Positions 22,859-30,683 of a stretch of 64,000 nt of DNA are shown one piece after another (the stretch's first letter is position 1; each line of letters begins with the position of its first letter). Position numbers and translations under genes: made by a program. A model generated the notes under the pieces. That model did no database searches. It worked only from the letters and a program-made list of their open reading frames with translations, and had not been told where the DNA came from. Location of the stretch: contig CACJPB010000003.1 in NCBI GenBank assembly GCA_902595175.1, forward strand, positions 47,586 through 111,585, in the 5' to 3' direction. Source of the DNA: an uncultured Prochlorococcus sp. GTDB lineage: Bacteria; Cyanobacteriota; Cyanobacteriia; PCC-6307; Cyanobiaceae.

Positions 22859-23665
22859 TTGAAAAGGGTAGCTTTATTAGTCCAATATGATGGATCACAT
22901 TATTCAGGTTGGCAAAAACAAAAAAATGCAACTACTGTTCAAGAAATTTTAGACAGAGCTCTGTTAAAGGTTACAAATCAAAAAGTAAAGACCTTTGCAG
23001 CAGGAAGGACTGATGCTGGTGTTCATGCATCAGGTCAAGTAGTACACTTTGATGTTGATTGTATTATTCCAGGAAATAGTTATTCTGATGTCTTAAATAG
23101 TATTTTGCCCCCAACAATTAGGATCTTGGAATCAGTTGAGGTTAAAGATAGTTGGCATGCATGCTATTCAGCAATGTATAGACATTATCGATATGTCATA
23201 AATAACAGTAAATTTCCTAATTTGTTCATCAATAATTGGTCATGGCATAGATATCAAAAAGTATTAGATGAAGTTTTAATGTTAAATGCGTCAAAGACTA
23301 TGGAAGGGGAACATGATTTTTTTGCTTTTCAGAAAACTGGTAGTAATAGAACAAACTCTATTACAAAAATAAAAAATATTGATATTGAGAGAGTAGAAGA
23401 TTTGATTTTAGTTGATATTAAAGCTACTGGTTTTTTGTATGGAATGGTGCGTTTAATTATTGGTCAATTAGTTTTAGTTGGAGAAAAAAAAATATCCCCA
23501 GAAATTTTTACAGATAGATGGGTAAACAAAAAGAAAAATGATGTTAAAGAATCTGCTCCAGCCAAGGGGTTATGTTTTGTAAATGCTGTTTATGAAAATA
23601 ATGTTTTTGAAAAGATTAATAACAATGATTTTTTTCCTGTATTCTTAATTAAGGGTTTTTCTTAA
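22859..23665 (+). CDS. truA: tRNA pseudouridine(38-40) synthase
   Basis: YDGSHYSGWQ, GRTDAGVHA, FLYGMVR. Confidence 0.97.
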   Translation: MKRVALLVQYDGSHYSGWQKQKNATTVQEILDRALLKVTNQKVKTFAAGRTDAGVHASGQVVHFDVDCIIPGNSYSDVLNSILPPTIRILESVEVKDSWHACYSAMYRHYRYVINNSKFPNLFINNWSWHRYQKVLDEVLMLNASKTMEGEHDFFAFQKTGSNRTNSITKIKNIDIERVEDLILVDIKATGFLYGMVRLIIGQLVLVGEKKISPEIFTDRWVNKKKNDVKESAPAKGLCFVNAVYENNVFEKINNNDFFPVFLIKGFS

Positions 23666-23780
23666 GTAAAGTTTAATTAAGCTAATTTTTTGTTTAATGA
23701 TTTAAAACTGTTGTTTAATATTCCTCCAATAAGGTAGAATTTTAAAACTAACTTTAAATTTATTTGCATAAATTTGGTAA

Positions 23781-24212
23781 ATGAATAAAACAATTACTCC
23801 ATCTTTAGAAACCATTGAAAGAAATTGGTTTTTAGTTGACGCAAAAGATAAGACACTTGGGAGACTTGCTACAGAAATTGCAACTGTATTGAGAGGTAAG
23901 AATAAACCAACATTTACACCTCATCTAGATACTGGAGATTTTGTCATTGTAGTAAATGCCGAAGAAGTTGAGGTAACAGGTAAAAAAGCATCACAAAAGC
24001 TATATAGGAGACATTCAGGAAGACCAGGAGGAATGAAAATTGAAAAATTTGAGTCTCTACAAGAAAGAATTCCTGAAAGAATCATAGAGCAAGCTGTTAA
24101 GGGTATGCTGCCACATAACTCTTTAGGGAGACAGCAGTTTAAAAAACTAAAAGTTTATAAAGGTGCTAATCACCCTCATGCCGCTCAGAATCCTGTATTA
24201 TTAGATAGTTAA
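23781..24212 (+). CDS. rplM: 50S ribosomal protein L13
   Basis: [19 protein letters not shown]. Confidence 0.99.
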   Translation: MNKTITPSLETIERNWFLVDAKDKTLGRLATEIATVLRGKNKPTFTPHLDTGDFVIVVNAEEVEVTGKKASQKLYRRHSGRPGGMKIEKFESLQERIPERIIEQAVKGMLPHNSLGRQQFKKLKVYKGANHPHAAQNPVLLDS

Positions 24213-24221
24213 TTTATCAAA

Positions 24222-24632
24222 ATGAATAGCCAAATAAAAAACAAAGCTGTGTATTGGGGAACTGGAAGAAGAAAAACTTCAGTAGCTAGAGTTCGCTTGA
24301 TTCCAGGAAATGGACTCATAAAAATCAATGGTCGTTCTGGAGACGACTACTTAAACTTTAACCCTCTGCACTTAAATTCAATAAAAGCACCTTTGCAAAC
24401 ACTAGGCCTTGAGAATTCTTATGATATTCTCGTAAATGTATTTGGTGGTGGATTGACAGGTCAAGCAGATGCTATAAAGCAAGGAGCAGCAAGAGCACTT
24501 TGCGAATTATCACCTGACAATAGGAAACCGCTAAAAACTGAAGGTCATCTCAGTAGAGATCCTAGAGCGAAGGAAAGAAGAAAATATGGTCTTAAAAAAG
24601 CAAGAAAAGCTCCTCAATTCTCTAAACGTTAA
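24222..24632 (+). CDS. rpsI: 30S ribosomal protein S9
   Basis: [19 protein letters not shown]. Confidence 0.99.
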   Translation: MNSQIKNKAVYWGTGRRKTSVARVRLIPGNGLIKINGRSGDDYLNFNPLHLNSIKAPLQTLGLENSYDILVNVFGGGLTGQADAIKQGAARALCELSPDNRKPLKTEGHLSRDPRAKERRKYGLKKARKAPQFSKR

Positions 24633-24645
24633 AGTAATTTAAATC

Positions 24646-24906
24646 ATGCCTAAATCAGAAATACACCCAAAATGGTATCCAGATGCAAAAGTTATCTGTA
24701 ATGGAGAAGTTGTAATGACGACTGGCTCCACGCAGCCTGAATTACATGTTGATGTATGGAGTGGTAATCATCCCTTTTTCACTGGAACTCAAAAGATTCT
24801 TGATACAGAAGGTAGGGTTGATAGGTTCATGAAAAAATATGGAATGGGTTCAGCTAATTCGGCTACGACAAAAGAGCAAAAAGAAGAAAAAGATTCTAAA
24901 AAATAG
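24646..24906 (+). CDS. rpmE: 50S ribosomal protein L31
   Basis: IHPKWY, HPFFTG, GRVDRF. Confidence 0.98.
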   Translation: MPKSEIHPKWYPDAKVICNGEVVMTTGSTQPELHVDVWSGNHPFFTGTQKILDTEGRVDRFMKKYGMGSANSATTKEQKEEKDSKK

Positions 24907-24934
24907 AACTTTCAAAAATTAAGCACAATTTCAA

Positions 24935-26029
24935 TTGGAATACTCAACATTAATTGCAAGGTTGAAAACTGCTTCAGAAAGTTTTGAAAATTTGGAAGTG
25001 CAGCTTGCAGATCCTGATATAGCTAATAATCCAAAAAAATTAGAATCAATAGCAAGAGAAAGGTCAAAATTGGAACCTTTAGTGATTGATTTTAATAAGT
25101 TGCTTGATACTGATAGAGAAATCGAAGATTCAAAAAATCTGCTTAGAGAAAACAGAAATGACAAAGAAATGGAATCTTTGATTAATGAGGAGTTAATAAA
25201 TCTAGAGGAATGTAAGAATCAACTGATTCAAAAAACTACAATCGCCTTATTACCAAAAGATCCTAGAGATGAGAGAAGTGTAATGTTAGAAATCAGAGCT
25301 GGTGCAGGAGGTAACGAGGCTTGTATCTGGGCGGGTGATTTAGCAAGAATGTATGAAAGATATGGACAAAAAATTGGATGGACTGTAAAACCTGTTAGTG
25401 CTTCCGAGTCAGATATGGGAGGATTTAAGGAGTTAGTTATATCCGTTAAGGGAGATTCTGTATATAGTCAACTTAAATTTGAGGCTGGTGTGCATAGAGT
25501 CCAAAGGGTTCCAGCTACTGAATCGCAAGGTAGAGTCCATACCTCTACTGCTACGGTGGCCGTCATGCCTGAGGCTGATCCTGTTGAAGTTAATATTGAT
25601 CCAACTGATCTTGAGGTTGGCACAGCAAGATCAGGAGGTGCAGGGGGACAAAATGTTAACAAGGTAGAGACAGCTATTGATCTTCTCCATAAGCCTACAG
25701 GAATAAGAGTTTTTTGTACTCAAGAAAGATCACAATTACAAAATCGCGAACGAGCAATGGAAATTTTAAGAGCTAAATTATATGAAATTCAATTAAAAGA
25801 AGCTAATGCAAAAGAGAGATCACAAAGGCTTTCCCAGGTAGGAACGGGTGATAGGAGTGAAAAAATAAGAACTTATAATTTTAAAGATAACAGGACAACT
25901 GACCATAGATTAGGGTCGAATTTTTCACTGGAGCCAATTCTTGCTGGTCAGTTGGATGAAGTGATTGATGCATGCATAGCGCAAGAACAAAAAAGAATGA
26001 TGGAAGATTTTAATAACGAAGTAAATTAA
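24935..26029 (+). CDS. prfA: Peptide chain release factor 1
   Basis: GGQ motif and PAT specificity tripeptide (RVPATES). Confidence 0.98.
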   Translation: MEYSTLIARLKTASESFENLEVQLADPDIANNPKKLESIARERSKLEPLVIDFNKLLDTDREIEDSKNLLRENRNDKEMESLINEELINLEECKNQLIQKTTIALLPKDPRDERSVMLEIRAGAGGNEACIWAGDLARMYERYGQKIGWTVKPVSASESDMGGFKELVISVKGDSVYSQLKFEAGVHRVQRVPATESQGRVHTSTATVAVMPEADPVEVNIDPTDLEVGTARSGGAGGQNVNKVETAIDLLHKPTGIRVFCTQERSQLQNRERAMEILRAKLYEIQLKEANAKERSQRLSQVGTGDRSEKIRTYNFKDNRTTDHRLGSNFSLEPILAGQLDEVIDACIAQEQKRMMEDFNNEVN

Positions 26030-26040
26030 GATTTTATTTT

Positions 26041-26547
26041 TTAGATTGCAATCCCTATTACGTATTTACTCCATTCTTTATGTCTACCTGAGTCAATTTG
26101 TCTTGTGGCCTCAAAATTTAGATTACTAAGTGGACGATAAGGCTTGTTTTTTAAAGGCATATTAGCCTCTTCTGGGGTTCTATTTCCTTTTTGTACATTA
26201 CATCTAAGACATGCAGTAGTAACATTTTCCCAGTTATCTGTTCCACCTCTACTTCTTGGTAAAACATGATCAATTGATAGGTCACTACCCCTATAGTTAC
26301 AGTACTGGCAAGCATTGTTATCTCGAAGAAGAATATTTTTTCTAGTTAAAGAAACTTCTCTAAAAGGAACCTTTACGTAGTAACGAAGTCTTATAACCGT
26401 CGGCAATTTTCTTCCGCTATGTATAGCATATGATTTATCTTCCTCTAAGCTTTCCGCTTTACCTTTAATCATCAAAATGACAGCTCTTCGCCAAGAAGTG
26501 ATGTTTAAAGGTTCATAAGATGCATTTAAAACTAGAGTCTGGCCCAT
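26041..26547 (-). CDS. HNH endonuclease (McrA-like)
   Basis: Likely start MGQTLVLNASYEPL (ATG at 26547); CQYC...IDHVLPRSRGG...WEN...C..CN..K. Confidence 0.9.
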   Translation of the reverse strand: MGQTLVLNASYEPLNITSWRRAVILMIKGKAESLEEDKSYAIHSGRKLPTVIRLRYYVKVPFREVSLTRKNILLRDNNACQYCNYRGSDLSIDHVLPRSRGGTDNWENVTTACLRCNVQKGNRTPEEANMPLKNKPYRPLSNLNFEATRQIDSGRHKEWSKYVIGIAI

Positions 26548-26615
26548 GCCAAAATACAATTTACATGTCATGCTAACTGTATATTTCAATAAGCGCATAT
26601 ATTTGTGCAAAGTTA

Positions 26616-27827
26616 ATGCAAATTCGGCAAACCAATCAGGGATTTAATTTTGATAAATATTCAAATTTTAAAAAAGATATAGATCCCAAGCAAAGAGCAT
26701 GGATAGAAGTTAAAGGCAAAGCAATAGAGACAAATGTAAGGCAGTTAAGGACAAAGCTAAGCAAAAATTGTCAGTTTATGGCTGTTGTCAAAGCTGATGG
26801 ATATGGACATGATGCAAAAGTAGTATCCGAATACGCCGTAAAAGGCGGAGCCTCACAATTTGGAGTTGCCACTTTAAATGAAGGGATTAGGCTCCGTTCT
26901 TTTGGAGTTAAAAAACCAATTCTTATTCTCGGAAATCTTTATACAAAAAGAGATCTCATAATATCCTTTAAAAATGATCTTATGCCAACTATCAGCAGTA
27001 TAAGAGAGTGTCTAATTTGTAATAATATCGGGAAGCACTTTGGGTTGAAATTTTCTTTACATCTAAAGGTTGATACTGGAATGTCAAGATTAGGATTCGA
27101 ATTTCAAAAATTTGTTGAGCAATTTGAAAAAATAAAATCTTTTGAAAATATATCAATAGAGGGAATATATAGTCATTTATCGTCTGCAGATGAAAATAAC
27201 GCATTAGATTCTAAAAGCACTACACAATTACAAAGATTTAAGTTTAATGAATTATTAAAGCAAATTTATCTTGATAGAAATAATGAAATTAAGATTCATT
27301 TGGCTAATTCTGCGGGAATGCTTCTTAACAAAGATTTTCATTTTCAAATGGTACGTGTTGGACTTTCTATGTACGGATATAATCCTCTAGCCAAAATAGA
27401 TAAAAATTTATTACTTCAACCAGCTTTATCTTTGAAGGTCAAAGTAGCTTTTATAAGAACTATTGATAAAGGTGTAAGTGTAAGTTATGGAGGCAAATTT
27501 GTAAGTTATAGAAAAACTAAGTTAGCTGTATTAAGTATTGGTTATGCAGATGGCGTTCCGAGAAATCTCTCAGGTAAGATCAGAGTTATTCATAATAATA
27601 AATTTTACCCTCAAGTTGGATCTATAACTATGGATCAAATGATGGTAGACATAACAGACTCTAATGAAATTAAAGTTGGTAGTACTATGGTATTACTAGG
27701 ATCTGATGGCGAAAAAACAATTTCTCCTCTTGAATGGGCAAAAAAATCTAATACTATCCCTTGGGAAATTCTTTGTTCTTTTAAAAATAGATTACCGAAA
27801 GTTCAAGTAGATAGACATTTCGATTAA
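26616..27827 (+). CDS. alr: Alanine racemase
   Basis: AVVKADGYGH PLP lysine, KVDTGMSRLG, GYADG. Confidence 0.97.
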   Translation: MQIRQTNQGFNFDKYSNFKKDIDPKQRAWIEVKGKAIETNVRQLRTKLSKNCQFMAVVKADGYGHDAKVVSEYAVKGGASQFGVATLNEGIRLRSFGVKKPILILGNLYTKRDLIISFKNDLMPTISSIRECLICNNIGKHFGLKFSLHLKVDTGMSRLGFEFQKFVEQFEKIKSFENISIEGIYSHLSSADENNALDSKSTTQLQRFKFNELLKQIYLDRNNEIKIHLANSAGMLLNKDFHFQMVRVGLSMYGYNPLAKIDKNLLLQPALSLKVKVAFIRTIDKGVSVSYGGKFVSYRKTKLAVLSIGYADGVPRNLSGKIRVIHNNKFYPQVGSITMDQMMVDITDSNEIKVGSTMVLLGSDGEKTISPLEWAKKSNTIPWEILCSFKNRLPKVQVDRHFD

Positions 27828-27875
27828 ATAAAAAATTTTGAATGTTTGCAAAAAAATTGATAATGTATAAGAATT

Positions 27876-27964
27876 GGAGAGGTGGCTGAGTGGTTGAAAG
27901 CGGCTCCCTGCTAAGGAGTTACAGGAGGTAACTTTTGTCGAGGGTTCGAATCCCTCCCTCTCCG
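27876..27964 (+). tRNA. tRNA-Ser(GCT)
   Basis: GGAGAGGTGGCTGAGTGGTTGAAAGCGGCTCCCTGCTAAGGAGTT-long variable arm-GAGGGTTCGAATCCCTCCCTCTCCG; anticodon GCT. Confidence 0.97.
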
Positions 27965-27965
27965 T
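27953..27965 (+). repeat. attL-like core (tRNA-Ser 3' end)
   Basis: CCTCCCTCTCCGT, identical to 29753-29765; match extends to 19/22 over 27944-27965 versus 29744-29765. Confidence 0.85.
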
Positions 27966-27993
27966 GATTATTAGGTGTCAGAAGGCGTTATAA

Positions 27994-28038
27994 AGACTCA
28001 GATTGTAGATATAGTAAGGGTTCTCTCTGATTGAGGGA
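27994..28038 (+). repeat. Left subterminal inverted repeat of the islet
   Basis: AGACTCAGATTGTAGATATAGTAAGGGTTCTCTCTGATTGAGGGA aligns to the reverse complement of 29694-29741 at 36 of 48 columns (manual alignment). Confidence 0.75.
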
Positions 28039-28077
28039 ATCAGGGGTATTCACAGCATACCACGAAGTTTCAGTGTG

Positions 28078-28104
28078 TGAGGGGATAAAATAGGGGATAA
28101 AATT
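28078..28104 (+). repeat. Left arm-type repeat block (2 x AGGGGATAAAAT)
   Basis: TGAGGGGATAAAATAGGGGATAAAATT, exact 27-bp copy at 29660-29686; a third variant TGAGGGGATGAAAAT at 28112-28126. Confidence 0.9.
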
Positions 28105-28172
28105 TTGTGGGTGAGGGGATGAAAATCAATAATAAAGTTTCTAATTTGCTTTCCTCATAAAATTAAAGTTTT

Positions 28173-28565
28173 TTATCTCTTTATTGCCTCTTGATTTTTA
28201 TAAACTTTGTCTGTACAACCGTCTTTATCATTACCATGGCATCTATATTGAGTTAATTTATTTGAATCAATTACCCATTCAAAAATAGTCCATGTTCCAT
28301 AAAAATCTACCAATTCTGATTGTCCTAGATACCCCTCTTGAACAATGGTATCCCCATCATCAAAAATAAGAGTAACTCTTTTATTAAGTTTATTTATACA
28401 ATATCTGTAAGTTTCATTTTGGGTATTTTGAAACGGAGCACTATCAAATGTACATGATTGGGCACGATACTGATCCTGTAATGACGCATTTGCATTTTTA
28501 AAAATATCTATAAAGATTATTGAAATAAAAATAATAAAAAAATTAATTGATCTTTTTGATTTCAT
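28173..28565 (-). CDS. Hypothetical exported protein (islet cargo)
   Basis: 130 aa; basic N-terminus, hydrophobic stretch, then an ANA-S signal peptidase I-like site; four Cys; no family recognised. Confidence 0.7.
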   Translation of the reverse strand: MKSKRSINFFIIFISIIFIDIFKNANASLQDQYRAQSCTFDSAPFQNTQNETYRYCINKLNKRVTLIFDDGDTIVQEGYLGQSELVDFYGTWTIFEWVIDSNKLTQYRCHGNDKDGCTDKVYKNQEAIKR

Positions 28566-28713
28566 GCGTTTTTGATCTCGTAGAGATTTAATAATTCAAT
28601 ACTAAATAAAGGTAAATTTTTGAAATTATCTTCAATTTTAACAAAAATCTTATCTTAATCTTCCCTTGAGATAAAATGTCTGAATTGTTCAGCATTACTG
28701 TAAAAAAATAGAT

Positions 28714-29637
28714 ATGGATTTGAAAATTTTCATAAAATTTCTAAGGTATTTTTTTGTAATTTGTTTTGGATTCTCTTCAATAGGATGCGCCAAAAATAAT
28801 GAAAAACAAGTAGATATTCAAAAAAATATAATTGTAATTGATCAAATTAATGGCGGTAAATCATATTCGGGCGATAACCTCGATTTGGATGATAGAAATT
28901 TTCTTTTTCAATCTCGGCAAACTGTCGTATCTCATGAATGCAGTAAATTAGGAATTACCACAAATGAATTGAACACTTTACTTTCTCAGGGTGCAAAGGT
29001 TGTGCAAACTCCTAATAATTGGAGAATAAATCTTGAATATCCATGGCAGGATGAATATGATGACTACTCTGATTTAATTACAGGTAAGTGTATTGGCAGA
29101 AATTTAGTAATTGAAGGAAAAGAAGAAGTTCTTGCAAATTATGAAAAATTCATTATGAGACAACCACTGAAATCAAATAAAGTGGAGTTTCCAGAGGAGA
29201 TTTATAAATATACATTTGTTGAATCAGGATGCAATATTGAAAATAATGAATTTGGAGGTAAAGGTTTACAAGAATATAAATCATTCATTCACAATGATTT
29301 AAATGGTCAGACTATTAATTTAATTGCTCGAAAAATAGAAGATGGTTTTGAAAATGAGGGTGTTTGGCGTCCGCGACAATTTTGGGGACTTATCCTAAAA
29401 AGAGATAATACTGGATACTCATTCTTTTTAGATGAAGTTCCATTAGATCAAATAAATCCTGCAAAATATGATTTTGAAACTTCATTTTCATGGTCAAAAA
29501 CCTCTCAAAATAAGTACAAAGTAAAATGGGACCCTGTGAGTATTGATTGTGCAATTGACGCAAATGGACAAATACTTGAAAGTGATACTTATAATCTTGA
29601 AGAGATTTATGATTATTTAGAAATTTCCTCTAATTAA
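28714..29637 (+). CDS. Hypothetical lipoprotein (islet cargo)
   Basis: 307-aa ORF; hydrophobic leader ending in lipobox-like SIG-C25; acidic mature part with four further Cys; no family recognised. Confidence 0.75.
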   Translation: MDLKIFIKFLRYFFVICFGFSSIGCAKNNEKQVDIQKNIIVIDQINGGKSYSGDNLDLDDRNFLFQSRQTVVSHECSKLGITTNELNTLLSQGAKVVQTPNNWRINLEYPWQDEYDDYSDLITGKCIGRNLVIEGKEEVLANYEKFIMRQPLKSNKVEFPEEIYKYTFVESGCNIENNEFGGKGLQEYKSFIHNDLNGQTINLIARKIEDGFENEGVWRPRQFWGLILKRDNTGYSFFLDEVPLDQINPAKYDFETSFSWSKTSQNKYKVKWDPVSIDCAIDANGQILESDTYNLEEIYDYLEISSN

Positions 29638-29659
29638 TCGCTAAAAATAGAATTTTTAA

Positions 29660-29686
29660 TGAGGGGATAAAATAGGGGATAAAATT
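29660..29686 (+). repeat. Right arm-type repeat block (2 x AGGGGATAAAAT)
   Basis: Exact 27-bp direct copy of 28078-28104. Confidence 0.9.
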
Positions 29687-29693
29687 CCTACTA

Positions 29694-29741
29694 TCCCATC
29701 AGTCAGAGTGTCATCCCTTCCTATATCTGCTCACTCAGTCT
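29694..29741 (-). repeat. Right subterminal inverted repeat of the islet
   Basis: Reverse complement AGACTGAGTGAGCAGATATAGGAAGGGATGACACTCTGACTGATGGGA resembles 27994-28038. Confidence 0.75.
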
Positions 29742-29752
29742 CAGTCCGATTT

Positions 29753-29765
29753 CCTCCCTCTCCGT
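29753..29765 (+). repeat. attR-like core (duplicated tRNA-Ser 3' fragment)
   Basis: CCTCCCTCTCCGT preceded by a degenerate T-loop copy GTCCGATTT. Confidence 0.85.
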
Positions 29766-29801
29766 ATTTTATTTGGAAAATTTTTTAAATTAAAATTTGT
29801 T

Positions 29802-30590
29802 TTAAAATAATTCAAGATTAATATCTTTAAGATCATAAATAGAATTTAAAATCAAGTCAGCGCCAGCATTCCTAAGATTTGTTTCGTAAGAATTACGTTC
29901 TTTTAATCGAGAATTTAAATGCAAATGAGGGGGAGCTATTCCGATACTTATGAATTTCTGAGAGGGTATTTCCTTCCTAGCATTTATAACTGTTTTTATA
30001 TCTGCAATAGTATCTCCTACATATGCAATGGGAATATTTGATTCGCCAAGTTTATCTCCAATAAGCTTTTTTGATAAGTTAATAAAACCTTTAGGATCAG
30101 GCTTGTCAGGGGCATCTCCCATAGATATTAATGGTGGTGATTTTAGTCCAAGTCTTTTTTCCAAAACAAATTTTGCTGAAGCAGACTCTGCACCACTAAC
30201 AAAACCCCAGATTATTCCATTACCTTGAATTAAATCAAAAAACTTTTTATCAACTAATAACTCCTCGTTTGTTATGTACCCAGACCAATATTTACTATCT
30301 TTATTTGGATCGCCACCAAAGTAAAACTCTTCAAAACATTTTACTATCTCTTCTCTTGGAGGAATTTTAAGGTCTAAGTTCTTTTTTTTTATATATCTTT
30401 TTATAAGTTCTAAACTTAAATCCCAGTCATTGTTCCAGATCCCTTCATTTTTTGCATCATCAATATCTATAAAACTTGGCTCCCATCCGGAAAATTTGTA
30501 AACTGTTTTTTTTAATGAAAGTCTGTAACTATTTTCGACGCTGCGGATTACCCCATCAATGTCAAACAAAATTAAACCAATATTTTTCAA
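29802..30590 (-). CDS. HAD-superfamily hydrolase (TIGR01548-like)
   Basis: FDIDGV, WNNDWD, KPDP and VGDT motifs. Confidence 0.85.
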   Translation of the reverse strand: MKNIGLILFDIDGVIRSVENSYRLSLKKTVYKFSGWEPSFIDIDDAKNEGIWNNDWDLSLELIKRYIKKKNLDLKIPPREEIVKCFEEFYFGGDPNKDSKYWSGYITNEELLVDKKFFDLIQGNGIIWGFVSGAESASAKFVLEKRLGLKSPPLISMGDAPDKPDPKGFINLSKKLIGDKLGESNIPIAYVGDTIADIKTVINARKEIPSQKFISIGIAPPHLHLNSRLKERNSYETNLRNAGADLILNSIYDLKDINLELF

Positions 30591-30683
30591 TTAATTTCCT
30601 AGCCATTATTATAAAAGATTAGTATTCTTATAAAGAAAAAGCAAAGAAGAAAATCCATTTATAAAATTATCGATTATTTACAC

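Larger units (their letters stand above)
27953..29765. mobile_element. Minimal integrase-less genomic islet (tycheposon-like cassette) inserted at the tRNA-Ser 3' end
   Basis: 13-bp exact direct repeat CCTCCCTCTCCGT at 27953-27965 and 29753-29765 (1800 bp apart); matching repeat blocks and inverted repeats near both ends; two unknown ORFs inside; housekeeping genes on both flanks. Confidence 0.85.

Noticed and set aside
26041-26547. HNH endonuclease as the mobility enzyme of the nearby islet or as a homing element
   Set aside because: It lies outside the att repeats, is separated from them by alr, and looks like the common chromosomal McrA-type HNH; no flanking repeats.
28078-29686. AGGGGATAAAAT repeats as a CRISPR array or REP family
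   Set aside because: There are only two blocks 1.58 kb apart plus one variant, with no regular spacers and no cas genes; they are better explained as recombination-site repeats.
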